A stretch of DNA of 60,913 nt, the filler included, from Sphacelaria rigidula (lineage: Eukaryota), in assembly GCA_964200075.2 (NCBI GenBank). It is 8 parts of 8 records of this genome, joined end to end, with 100 filler letters (N's around TTAATTAATTAA, not from the genome) between each part and the next. Parts side by side here need not be neighbours in the genome. Positions count along the whole stretch, not along the records: positions 22,882 to 30,408 come from CAXNAA020014498.1; positions 30,509 to 38,035 come from CAXNAA020014499.1; 6 more parts are not named here. The stretch is one strand, 5' to 3'. The notes under the pieces were generated by a model. The model searched no databases. It was not told where the DNA came from and was given only the letters and a program-made list of their open reading frames with translations. The translations under genes and the position numbers were made by a program. Within the stretch, counting starts at the first letter, position 1, and each line of letters starts with the position of its first letter. Positions 24,082 through 36,483 of this stretch are shown here, in pieces.

Positions 24082-25329
24082 TGATGTTTCAAGCGCCCAA
24101 AGTGAAGGTTTTTAGTCTAGATAGGGCATGTCGAGGTGTACGTGCATTGGTGCGAGACTGTCAAGCAGTGGTTACGGTCTTCGTATCGATACAGAAGCCT
24201 TATATTTTACAGTTACATGTGTGTAATGCGGCGTAACTATCTGTAGTACGATATCTGTATGTGATCGTGTATAATGAACATTTCAGTCTGTTGTTCCCAG
24301 CTTCTTGCTCGAGCACCAAGCCTGCCCCCGAGCCCCAAGGAAAGCATATACAGCACCATCGTCCTGAGGCGTGGCTAGGTGCAGCTTTTCCCCTCAATGA
24401 GACCTCGACGGACCGTTGTGAGGATTTTCCCCATGTTTTATATGATGGTGTACGCATCTGTTCCAAGAGCCTTGCACCGTACGGTCTTTGACGCGTTGGT
24501 CGAGGTGACCTTTCTTGCTGGCTAGCGGTGAGAACACTTCGCGCTGTTGCTTCTCCTGCCTTATGCGTGTGTTTGGGTCGCCAAGCCAACAATCTCCGGA
24601 CAAGCTTGATCAGCGGGTTTCTGCACTCTGTTTGCTATAGTTACCCACCTGTCTTCGGTTCCCCACCAATTTCATGACTTTCGGTCAACTTTGAGGATGC
24701 AGTATTTTTCGTGTCGCGTTCGTGGGACGCTGTGGATATGCTTCAATCTCATGTATATTAAGGCGACGAAGCAATCGGCTTTCCTCAGAATCGAAATAGT
24801 GCACTCGAGTTCACCAGGTATAGTGTCAACATGGAAGTACTTGAGCTTAGTGTTCCGTTCAGCACCTGGAGCTAGTGTTTGTTCGAACTCGCTCAGGTTG
24901 ACAAATAACGCCGCAGCCAGCCCTCGACGAAGGGGACGTGTGATTAGAGTGCACTAAAGCACAAGAAGTCGAGATGACCGCGTCAGTGACATGAAAGGGG
25001 GAGCTTGCAGCGATGACAGAAAATTCTGCTTCGTTGCCAGCTGTCACCCTAGTTTCACACAGGGGCGGCGCCGTGTTGTTGGTCGGCCAGGGGTAAGGGC
25101 GCAATGGGTCAAGCCGTCAAGCAACGCGGAAACGCGGCGGAACTACTGACTGTTGGCTTTCATGCTCAATCCGACTGCAAGTCTTGAAGCACTGACGAGG
25201 ATGCCGAAGTGACATGTGCAGCTGTACTGTGTTGTATACGTGTGACTTGAAGGAAGACTTCGCCTTTGTCAAGACTGATCGTTGACCAATGCCATTATAC
25301 GGCTCAGTTCCCTTTTTTGTCGATAAACG

Positions 25330-25575
25330 TGTGTTTTCTAGGGAGGTTTTATCGCGCGCTATCTCGGCGGTACTCTCCTCCTCTGCACCGTTCGGGCAGC
25401 ATTCATCATACGATCATCGGCAACACGAGTCAGCTCATCATTTATCTTGTCACCATGAATGATAGCTGACGTCTGCTACCGGAGATCGACTGCTGAGTAA
25501 ATGCTGCACAAACAGTGCAGAGTAGGAGAGTACCGCCGAGATAGCGTGCGATAAAACCTTCCTACGACGCACACG
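25330..25575. repeat. Inverted repeat (MITE-like, ~70-bp arms)
   Basis: ggttttatcgcgcgctatctcggcggtactctcct pairs with aggagagtaccgccgagatagcgtgcgataaaacc. Confidence 0.75.
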
Positions 25576-27470
25576 CGACATACAGACGAGGAGGTAGGTC
25601 GTCGAGGAGATAGGAAGCTGAGGTGTCTCACAACATTGATTGGTCACTGACCAGTTTTGATCAGAGCGAAGCCTTTATTCACGTCGCGTATACGGCATAG
25701 TGCACTATGAAATACATTGCAGGGCTTCGCCTGGCCCCAGTGCCACAAGGGGCGGTGGAGTTGGTGTCTGCGTGGCAAGGCAGCGAATTTTCGTGCTTCT
25801 TGCTCCTGTTGAACTGCATGATCCGGAGGAGCACGGAGTTGCCTGGCGCCATTCGAATGTTGTATACTGTTCGCTCCATATCGTTTTCACGTGAGGAGGT
25901 TTCGACTTTTCACGAATTTGTGAAGACTTTGTGATGAGTGACGGTTAGTAGCATGTTTGGTGGGGCTGATTCACGTCTGCGTCGAGCGCCTATGCATGAT
26001 TTTCGGAGTTCGGTGAATAAGTATGTATCGCGTTTCCTTACTATATTGCGTCTTCCTTGTAGCACCGCGAAGATGTCGCACCTACGACGACTCCTTGTAG
26101 AACCGCCACATCTTTCAACTTGCCTGCAGATCTGGTGGACACACGAACCACCCTTGTGTAGTGCATTATCAAGTGAAAATGTCGGACTGACAGGATTGGC
26201 GCTGACCGCTGCAACAACCGCCACAATTTGGATCTTGTCTACAGACTTGATGGACGAACAAAATGGCTTCACTGCACCGTCGGGTTCTCACATGAAATGT
26301 TGGGTTGACTGGACTCCAAAATCGCTTCCGTCTTTTTTTCACGTGAGGTGCTCATTCTTGTATAAAATCGAATTCCAAAGTGTGATATTTTAGTTGATGC
26401 GCGTGTGTGGCGGGTGTCTGTATGCACTTTTTCACATTTCGATGTGAAGATGTGTGCTGCGCTTCCTCATCGCATCTGCCTTGCGCCAGCTCGAATGTGT
26501 TGAACCGACGGCTACCGCAAGAACCACCTGTGCAGAAAGCGCTCACTGGTTCAATGGGAAAACTGTTAACATCCTAGACACCACCGCCTTTCTCCTCCTT
26601 GTCCATGAAGTCGCCTGTCTTCCGATCTGGCGGGCACGAACGTCGTTCTGTGCTGTCGTTTTTTTTTTCAATGGAGGAGTAAGCCTTCACTCGGGTTGGA
26701 GAAGTATGATAATATTCGGGTGACTCTTGAAAACCAAAAGTATTCGGGCACAAGAAATGCTTAACTGGCATGCCGGAATACGGATATACATGAGACGGCA
26801 CATACTCGCGAGAGGAAACAGTACGGTACGGTACTCGACTAGCCGGGGAAGACGAGATAGAAGGGAATGGAACGACCAGCCATAGAGTAACCTTACGACG
26901 AGAAGAGAAGGCACGAGGCAAAAAGCTGTTACCGCTCCCCCTCTTCACTTACAGTCGACACGGGGTCCTGAAAAATAGGAACGATATTTTCAATGGGAAG
27001 CACGGAGATCAAACTTGTGTACTGGAACACAACGTGGCGACTGGTATCCGTCAAAATGTTACCTTTTTGCGCGCGCAGGGTCCCCTTTGAAATTCGCCCC
27101 TGGATGACTTGAGGAGTTTTTGGGAACATAAAAGCCGCCTTCATGAGAGGTGGCATTTAACGTATCGTACGTGTACATCCAACTCGAGGTCCAGGCTATA
27201 TTCCGCGGTACAGGGTACGGTACAGGGGGGATGCGGGGGTGGAGGGGGGTCGTGCATTGATAATTATTCACAAACACATTATTCTCTTGGCACAAGCCAC
27301 TCTCTACCGGTACTTCACCCCATCATCCATCGTGAGACCGCATGTGACTTGGATATGTCCCTGGTTCGTTTCACCCTCCCTTCACCCTCGTACCGTGAAA
27401 GGGCTAACCCCTCCGCCCCCAAGCTCTGACCATGCTCGCCCGAGTTCGACGGCCACGGTGCTAAGTGCAG

Positions 27471-27650
27471 GGGCGGAGCGCGGCGCTCAGAAATCACGAC
27501 GCACGAGAGAGGAGGCCAGATCTAGCTGTGTGAGGTTCAGTCCCACAGGGCGGGAGTGGGCTGCGTGCACGACCGACGGTCTGCTGCTGTACTCCCTCGA
27601 CGAAGCCGCGATCTCCGACGCTTCCGACCTGGATGAGAGCGTCTACTGAG
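27471..27650 (+). pseudogene. PWP2: PWP2 (UTP1) exon, last WD40 region; premature stop/frameshift at its 3' end
   Basis: gtgcag|GG...GAG|gtatgg; GAERG...CVRFSPTGREWAACTTDGLLLYSLDE...DLDESVY* matches the PWP2 motif RFSPTGRxWAAxTTEGLLIYSLD...FDPxxLD. Confidence 0.85.
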
Positions 27651-29251
27651 GTATGGTGATTGGTCGCCTGTTCGGATGATTTTGTTGACGGCAGAGAAAG
27701 TATATCGCACGGTGCTTGTGTACTGTGCCGTACTCTCCTGCCCTATTCTGCGGTTCACTGTCCCGCCCTATCTTGCCCTATACTGTGCCGTATATGAAGG
27801 CTGAAATTGAGGATGTCCAATCTAACATCGATGAATCAGCGCAGCCAGCCAACCGACATGAATTTGCATCGTGTAACGAAAGTTTTTTTTCTTCGTTATT
27901 TCTATTTGACCGCGATGATGCCTGTGGAGCAGCTTCGAGGTGCGGGCTGTTGCTGATGGAAATATTACACACGTCGGACAGCTCATGAACTACTCGAAAC
28001 AACTCGTCAAAGAGGACTCTAGTAATCATATCCAGTTCCTTGTCCAAGAATATAAAATACGTAACGGCGGGGTCTGAGAAGCCCAAGCGCTACTTTTTCG
28101 TTACTGCACGTGCTCAGCGTCCAAAGCTGCTGTAGGGAGCAAATATGGGAAAAGGGGCCGAGCAAGCTAGCTCATGATTCGGGTCAGTACACTAATAAGA
28201 AGTGATATGAACGTAGCTCATTAGCTGTCCGACATGTGAAACATTACGGATCTCGTGAATTATCATGCTCTTCCGGTTACTCGACTTCTACTTGGCCTTT
28301 TGTGTGATTTGTTTTCCCCGTTTGATTGCCTTGGGGTACATCTCTCTCGCGTCTCTCTCTCGTACGTTCTCTCTCGCGATCACGTGCTGAATTTCGTACA
28401 CAACGAATCAGCTCATTAAACCCTACGAGTGTCAGACCTCCTCTCGGAATCATGAACATCGCCGGCTGACCTTCATGACAAGCAATCCTGTAGCTGAGCA
28501 CCCATTTTCTTGCCATAAGCGCCTCCGCTCGATGATGGCACACCGCGTATTTTGCTGTTCCGAATACTTGAATATGTCGTACTCTTCAACCAAGGCTGTT
28601 AGCTGTTCTCGACGTATTTTCGGTGGTTCTTTTGAGGTACGTTTGGCGAGGTGCCATGTTCAAGATGCGGTTTACATGTGATACGAGAAGGGCTTTGGTC
28701 CGGATAAGGTACATATTCGCGATGATGCACCCGAAGAATTCGGAGCGAGTTGTTAAGGCTAAATCGCGTGAGACTGGTGGATTATGGTATACCTCTTTTC
28801 ATCGTCACCGCACCCCCGAGGGTATTCCTCGTATCGTCCGAAATCAGTAACACATCAACGGTCAAATACAGTGTACGTTTCCTCATAAACAAGGCCCCGG
28901 AGAAGTGTACGTCATCTCGAGCAACAGCCGTCAAACACTGATGGTGAATGTAGTGTACATTCTTATATCGCCGGGAAACCCCCAGAAGATACACACCTCA
29001 TGTTGACTGAAACCCACAAAACGTCGACCGTCGAATATATTGTACTTTCTTCTGATAGGCACAAGCCTCGCAGGTGTATACCTCACCTCGACCAAAAGCC
29101 CCGAAACATCAATGGTCAAACATAGCGTACACTTTGTCATGGGCGGAACCGCAAAAGGTGCGTACCTTATGCTGACAAACTAAAGCCATGAGATACCAGA
29201 TGAACCAACTAACCAACCGACCGCGGTACCCTTGGCTACTTGGTCGTCCAG

Positions 29252-29424
29252 GCTGCCATGGATCGGCAGGAGTGGTCGAAGGCAGTGCTCATGTCTTCGC
29301 ACCTCAACGAGCGAGAGCTCAGGGAACGCGCGGTGGATGCTGTGCCTCTGTCGGAGATCGATCTAACCGCACCTGCCGTACCCGCACCGTACGCTGTGCG
29401 CCTGCTTGGAGTGCTCGCGGATCG
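29252..29424 (+). pseudogene. PWP2: PWP2 exon, C-terminal Utp12/Dip2-type domain
   Basis: tccag|GCT...CG|gtaatg; AAMDRQEWSKAVLMSSHLNERELRERAVDAVPLSEIDL...YAVRLLGVLADR matches PWP2 'A+lMAl+LNE..l....+eavP..eI'. Confidence 0.85.
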
Positions 29425-30289
29425 GTAATGTGGGAGGGCGGAAGGGAAGTGCATTCCCCACATTTGTGGCAGGCGGCAGGGGCCGGTAATTTCCTATTCC
29501 TTACCTCTTGCGATTATTTTACTACGTGTTTTTCATCTCTATCGGGACCGGGAACCCGTTCTACTGTGGCGCTTTTCTTCTTTTTTTTCGCCGCTCCTTG
29601 CGTTTTCCCATTTCCGACACTTTCTGCGATAGCTCCCCCCTAAGACGTGACTTGTTTGGCGGGGAAGAATGTACACCACGTCAACCGAAATGGCAAAGCC
29701 GAGCAGAACGAGCAGCGGGGAATTCCTACGCTCGTGTTAGTTTTCGCCAATGTCGCCCATATGAGGCGCTTCATGCAACCTGAAACCAAACATCAGGCGC
29801 TTTATGACCATTTTCTTCGTGACAGGTTTGGGCTGGTTTTGGGCGGGATGGGGTATCGGGTAAAGACTCTTCCGTTAGAGAGTTTCGGAAAATGCTTTTT
29901 TTGTCATTTCAGAGAACATATATCTCAGAATCAGAGTGTAGTACAAAAAAAAACACATCATCGAAAAAACGTTCAGGGAAAACAACATTTGACGGAGGGG
30001 GAAATGATTTTTCCTTACACTCTGATCCTGAGATACTTGCACTCTGAAATGACAAAAGACGTTTTCCGAACCTCTCTATGGTATTATCCCCCTTTTGTTG
30101 TTTTGGTTTTTTAGTTTCATCTGTGCTGTGATTTTCGTCTCCCCCACTTGTTCTGTTTGCCCTATCTGTTCGAAATCTTCGTATTTTTTTCTTGCACGTT
30201 GGTCCGGCGAAAGCCCGGCGTGCTCCGTCCCGGCTTTGTAGGGATGCGAAATCAATGGTCCTATGACTATGGCATGCATGAGCGTAAGT

Positions 30290-30343
<54 letters not shown>

Positions 30344-30709
30344 TCCTCCCCCCCCCCTCCGCTCCTTTGCCCCCCATCCCTAAAAAAATAAAAACCAAAA
30401 ACAGTCTANNNNNNNNNNNNNNNNNNNNNNNNNNNNNNNNNNNNNNNNNNNNTTAATTAATTAANNNNNNNNNNNNNNNNNNNNNNNNNNNNNNNNNNNN
30501 NNNNNNNNAGGGAAAATAGCAGTTTCGGTCAGCGCTGTAAGCTCATAGGGTCGGTAAAATGCGCTGAAAAAGTATCTACGCGATCGAGGGGCACTAGGCC
30601 GACAAAAAAGTCATCGGGCACCATCGCTGAAAGTGTGAAGAAAGTACTGTTTTGGGCTCGAACCTCATTTCATTGATGAACCTCATTTTTTAGAACCCTC
30701 TGTTATCTG

Positions 30710-33700
30710 TTTCACGTGCCCTTCGAGATCTATACAGATCACGGAGCACTTGAACGACTTGCCAAGGTTGGCGAACACAACCCTCGTGTATAACAATGGT
30801 TGGAGTTTCTAACAGCGTACCAGTATACCATTAAGTATCGTCCAGGCAAAACCAACGGGAACGCTGATCTTCTTTCCCGGCTACCTCTGCCGCCTACGGC
30901 AGCAGATTCCAGCCCGGCCTGCCGGTTACCGGAACCCGATGAACCTGGAATTGACGCGATTAGACGTTTTTCAACGCCCGTTTACGCCCTCGACCTCCAG
31001 TGCCCGAAAACCGGCATGCATATGGGAGGACCTTGCCCTTGACCATATGACGCCGTCTTGGATGGGTCAAAGCTCACTACCTCCAATTTTGTCGATTTTC
31101 GCACTTTCGGTACTCGCGCGAAACTCTTAGCGAAGACACCTCCAGGCACCCATCATATCTCCGACAACACGCGCTCCCAGTCTGCCGCCCGCACCACACC
31201 GAGTGCCCCGCCGCCACCGACGACACCTGTAACCTCTATGAGCCAGGCAGCACAAGTTCCACGGACCAAAACTCAAAGCTCCGCAAAACCTTCTGAACCG
31301 TGCGCCACGAGCCGCGGACAATCTTCGCCGCGCACTGATACAACCCCGCCGCCCATAACGGCGCTGCAGACATCTCCTGCCCCCGAGCACGGAACTGACG
31401 ACTCGTCTCCTGCTCCCGGGACAGATATTGACGTTGGTATTTCTGCCCCGTCGCCTATTCCCCCGCCGCCTGCCCTACCATGTTTGGTCGGCTCGCCAGC
31501 AGAAGGTCAACTACGCGAGTTTCTCACCAGCTACTCCCACCGCGATTGGGCTCGCAAACAACACGTAGAACCGCCATGTCGCGCAGCCATCCGGTACTTA
31601 CAACTTGACTGTCCAGTCCCTTTCCCATCCACACTTCTGGCCCCGGTTGGGACACTGCCACCACCAGTTATTTCTGACGTATACGAGCTCGTGCGTAAAG
31701 GCACCCTTTTTTCCACGGATGAAAGTGTGTAACTACTCGTACGTTGGCCCACGCCTTTGACAGGCGCAATTGCCGCCTCTACTACGGGACGCACCGCACG
31801 ACTACTCAATGACGAACCAACGCGCATTTATGTGCCATTAATAATGCGCCCCTGGGTCATGAAAATCTGCCACACAGACTTGTCATGCCACCTTGGCGTC
31901 ACCCGCACCCTCGCGCTCTTGGAACGCTTCTACTGGTGGGTTGGCATGGAACTTTCAACCCGCTTCTGGATTCGGCGATGATTTAAATGCCAAGCCCGAA
32001 AAACTTCACGATAGACAGTACGCTGGCCCGTCATCTCAATAGGACTCCCCGACGAGCCCGGCCGCCTTGTGCCCTTTGACTACTTCGGCCCTTTACTGAC
32101 CACAGGTCGCGGCAACACCAACATCTTACTCTTCACTGACCGCTATGGCCGCCACGCGTCCATGTACGCGGTAGCCGCCGCAGATTTCACTGCCGCCGGA
32201 ACGGCCGACATACTGCTCCATGATTACATTAAGCACTACGGTTGTCCAAATCGACTACTTTCAGACAATGGTCAGCAATTTTGCTCAGACCTCTCTGATG
32301 AGCTTTGCAAGCTCCTGGGCATCCGCACAATTGCCACGAGCGCCTACCACCCGAACGGTAACGGTGGTACCGAAAGAGTTAATCACACCATGGCCCAGAT
32401 GCTCTCTATGGTTGTCAATGACCGCCAAAATGACTGGAACCGACATCTCTCGCACATCATGTTGTCCTATAACAACTCGGTTAATACCGCCACAGGCCTT
32501 TCTCCGAACGAACTCCATCTTGGACGGTACCCTCGGCTACCTATCACCGTGTTTGAGTGACACACGTTCGACGGCCACCAAGGATTGGATCAGAATCAGA
32601 TATCCTACCATGAGCTAGCGCATACACGACAACGCAAAGCGTTCACCCTCGTGCGCGAACAACACGCTATCAACGCCTCGCGGCTAGAGAGATCTAACAC
32701 TGCTCTCTACAACCTCATGCACAAACGCCCTAACTGGAAAGTTGGTGATTGGGTCTGGATCTACGACAGTTTGTCGACCATCCGCCAAGGCACCAGCAAG
32801 GCAGCCAACGAGACAATTTTGAAGACAAAATTATCCCTCAATTGGACAGGACCATTCAAGATCCCGACAGTCGGAACATCGTCATCATCACCGGATGAAA
32901 AACCCGTTGGTGACAAACTGCTCTATCTCGACTTGCCTCGCGACTTCCAGGGCAAAGACACCAAGCCCCGCGTCACCGTGCACAGATGCAAATCCTGCAC
33001 GAACCCGCATGATACAACTGACATGCCCAAGTACCTGCCTGCCGGACTCACACAGTATATTCTCGACAGCTACTCGACCAAGTCCCCGCCCTACCACGTT
33101 ACATCCGAAGACGTGACGGGACAGCCCCTTCGATTGACCGTATCCTCCATTTCCGGCCACCAGATAACCCGTGGTCGAGGAGGCAAGATCGCTCTCATGT
33201 ATAAGACACCCTGGCACGGTCTTCGGAGAGCGTCTTGAGAACGCGAATCCGACCTGCAATTGCACCGCCGTGCAATCCTCCTTTGCTGGACGCAATCCCA
33301 ACATCAGCATCTTGCTCACAACGAGAAATATCGGAACATGCGCCGTGGCGCAGCAGCCCGAGAACCTCATCGCAATCAGGGAGTACGCTTCGTCGCCGAT
33401 GATTACGAACTTGTACCCTCCAAGACTTGTACGACGAAGTTCTTCGCGAACCAGCGACTCCTGCCCAAGGGCAGCTACCTTTGGTTCAAAGGCAGCGACC
33501 ACCTCTGGTGGTTGGGTCAGACTCACTCCGCTAACCTGGTTTCGGCCGACCCATACATCGTGCGCTTTGTCGATGACCCTGGACCCATACAGCTCAAGCT
33601 TCGGCCAGCACCATACACCACTAGCCCATCTGCACCCCGCGGATCCTGGTTACTCCAGCGCCTCAAGTCCAAAGGACTTCGCCGCGGTTTCCAGCGCAAC

Positions 33701-33736
33701 ATCGACCACACCCACGACGTCCGCGCCCCGCTTTGA
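30710..33736 (+). mobile_element. Decayed Ty3/gypsy (chromovirus-like) pol 3' half: RNase H end, Pro/Thr/Ser-rich linker, integrase, chromodomain and an extra Tudor/PWWP-like domain
   Basis: FEIYTDHGAL...YQYTIKYRPGKTNGNADLLSRLP; CH...HLGVTRT...RFYWW...C; DYFGP, FTDRY, LLSDNGQQF, SAYHPNGNGGTERVN; one reading frame broken by six in-frame stops. Confidence 0.95.
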
Positions 33737-33979
33737 ACCACGCTTCCTTGTCGCGACTGTTGCCCCACCCCCATTTTTCCGTAAGCACTGTTTGCCCTCC
33801 CTTCTCCGCCAGGATCCTCTTCTACGACACCACAACAGCGCGACCTACATCGGACGACGATCAAGAATTACTGAAACGACCACTACCTACGACTATTGGA
33901 GCTTTAGTATCCCCTTCAACTGGCGCTCGATCTCGTTGGATCACCGATTTACAGATTTCCGACCTTGCACTTTTTAGCA

Positions 33980-34285
33980 CCTTTGAATTCCCCCAGGTTG
34001 AAGCTCTGCTCCCTGTCGTAACTTTGGATTCCCCCAGATTGAAGCTCTACTCCCTGTTGTGCCTTTGGATTTCCTCAGGTTCAAGCTCTTCTTCCTAGTG
34101 TACCTTTGGCTTCCCCCAGGTTAAAGCTCTGCTCCCTGTTGAACCTCCCTTTTTCCCCCCCTACAAGTTTGCTAGGACGCCGAAGCAGTTTGTGCTTCTT
34201 CGTTGATCGCTAGGACGCCGAAGCAGTTTATGCTTCCGCGTTTCGGAGTAGTTTTTTCTGATCCTCGAAGCGGTCTATGCTTCCC
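33980..34285 (+). repeat. Tandem repeats in the gypsy 3' UTR (~43-bp unit about x4; ~37-bp unit x2-3)
   Basis: tttg.attcccccaggttgaagctctgctccctgt repeated; gctaggacgccgaagcagttt.tgcttc repeated. Confidence 0.8.
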
Positions 34286-34316
34286 TTCTTTCGAGGTGTG
34301 GGAGTGGGTACAGGAT

Positions 34317-34470
34317 TGTTAGTACGGGAGTGTTAGGTACGGGAGTGTTCCTTTAGGTATGCTTTATTAGCCGCTCATGACTTTACGAGTAAAGAAAAAC
34401 CTTAGTTTTCGCTGCTTTGTGTTTAATCCTCGCAGCTGCAATAAAGGTTCGTCTGGGTGGGTTATTGTCA
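34317..34470 (+). repeat. Possible short 3' LTR of the gypsy element
   Basis: Purine-rich gggagtgggtacagga, then TGTTA...AATAAA...TGTCA; no second LTR in the contig to confirm it. Confidence 0.35.
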
Positions 34471-35038
34471 TGAAGTTGTATACTAGCCTGTTGTCATGCC
34501 GCTTTAGACCCGTTGTCGAGTCTGGCTATTTGCTTTCTGGTGTTTCGGTAGCCAAGACTGCAGGCCTGTTCAGAATTGGACGGGTACGCATGTGAATCTG
34601 TATATTACAGAGATGATACTGGCTTTGTTCGCTGAACACGAACAACGCTCACACCATCGATCACTATCTACTGCTCCACTACTGCCTCCCAGCAGAAAGA
34701 AGTCTAAGCATTGGTGAGACATATTCAGGTTGGATTGATTGGTTGGATACTGGAGTTAAAAATAGGGCAATCAAGGAGAAGTGGGAATCATCGCGTGAAA
34801 CACTTGTCCAACATTTAGTTGCTGAGCCTGTGCACAGCATCTGCAAACTGTAGCAGCCTGACGGTTGTGCACTTGCCTCGTGAGCCTGTGCCCTTGGATT
34901 GCAAGCTGTGTCCTTGCAATAACAACCCTTTGGCTCTTCACTACACACTGGTAGCTTTTGACAAGTACTACGCTCCATACGAATTGTGATTTTGATAACC
35001 GAAATGTTGGGGTCCTGGTTGAAAAACCAATTTCGTTA

Positions 35039-36483
35039 CGAGCCGGGTCAGCCGAGAAGCGAATTTGTAGTTTGCAGGCCCATTCACCGGCCAATATGTA
35101 GAGTTGAACCCTGAAATTTGGTATGGACAGTCATACGTTTTTTGTCATGAGTCAGGCATCTTAATGATACCTGAAAACTGATTCTTGCCCTCACCTCAGG
35201 GGGGGGGAAATCATTGTGTCCACTGGTATTTGTTATAATTATGCCCTTTTCATCGTATATGCCACATTTCAGGGTCTAACTCTAAATATTGGCCGGTGAA
35301 TGGGACGTTTAGTGATGGGATCAGAAGAAAGTTGGAACAGTATTTTGCAGGCCACTTACCGGCCCACGTTTGATGCTTGTGTATTGAAACTTTGTGTGGG
35401 CCGTGTCTAGAGCATAATTGACGAAACAAAGTGGGTCAGGTATTTTTTTTCTAACTTTTCACGGGTTTAGGGCGTTGTAGTGTGGAAACGACCATTTCTT
35501 GACGAGAACGCCCGAACCTCTCCAAAAATAAAAAAGAGGGCCCATTTTTTTTCATTTTATTCGGCATACCTCTGTGATTCTTTATTCTGTGTTTCAAATC
35601 ACAATTCTGGAAATTTAGCTAAAAATTGAGATAAGTCCCAAGAGCAGTGTTCATTTCTCCTTAGAATTGCCCCCAAATCCCCGAAACAAAATGGGGGGAA
35701 AACCAAAAAAAGTTGGAAAAGCTGTTATTATAAGCTTGATTGTGCACTAGCGGTTCTCCATACGAAATTTCATCGCATGACTCTCAAAAACTGAGATGCG
35801 ATATCCAGACTTGAGGCATCTAGTGCCTTTACTTGTAATATACTGATTCTAGTGTGGAAACGTTTGTGCGCCATGTCTCAGGATAGATTACGAATTAGAT
35901 GAAGGTGAGGGTATCTATCATAGCAATGCTACGGTAGGGGTGCACTTTTTTTCGCGAAATTTTGTCTGATTCAGGGGCTCCTAACGATTCTAGACGCACA
36001 AGAGTATGGGTCAGAGCATCCCGGTTTGCAGATTTATCGGGATGTCCCCAGCACATTGGAATAGTGTGTACTCTCGAATATTTTCATAAGTCGTGTTTTG
36101 GATGAGATCAAGGGCTCCTAATAATTCTAACCTCAGAAAACATTTGTGTACCCCTACCGTAGCATCACTCATCGTCTCTCCGTGCTCCGGGGAATGTCCA
36201 CACCGAAATTCGTCGTCATTCGCTGAATGCATCGATCGGGGGTTTCATAGAGATTTTAGTGTGGGCGCTATCTCCGTTAGGTGTAGGAATTACTAGACAT
36301 GTGTAGGAGTTACTAGACATGGGGTTTAATTAACGAAAAAGTATGAGCCCGAACCTTTGAGCAGATGGGCACCTTCCCCTTGGTTAGAAGATTAATACAA
36401 TATGCGGATCATGGCCCAACTTGTCCGTGTCGATGAGATATTGCTTTGAGAGCTTAAATTCGTGTCTAGGCTGGCCCAGCTCG
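35039..36483 (+). mobile_element. Non-autonomous Tc1/mariner-like element (~1.45 kb) with a nested MITE at 35921-36168
   Basis: TA-CGAGCCGGGTCAGCC...GGCTGGCCCAGCTCG-TA; body shared with contigs 4 and 7. Confidence 0.65.

Noticed and set aside
24200-26700. Several 60-150 aa ORFs on both strands downstream of the copia relic
   Set aside because: No recognisable motif or consistent exon structure
32888-33977. Overlapping 212-aa (-) and 268-aa (+) ORFs
   Set aside because: Alternative-frame shadows of GC-rich gypsy pol, with no motifs
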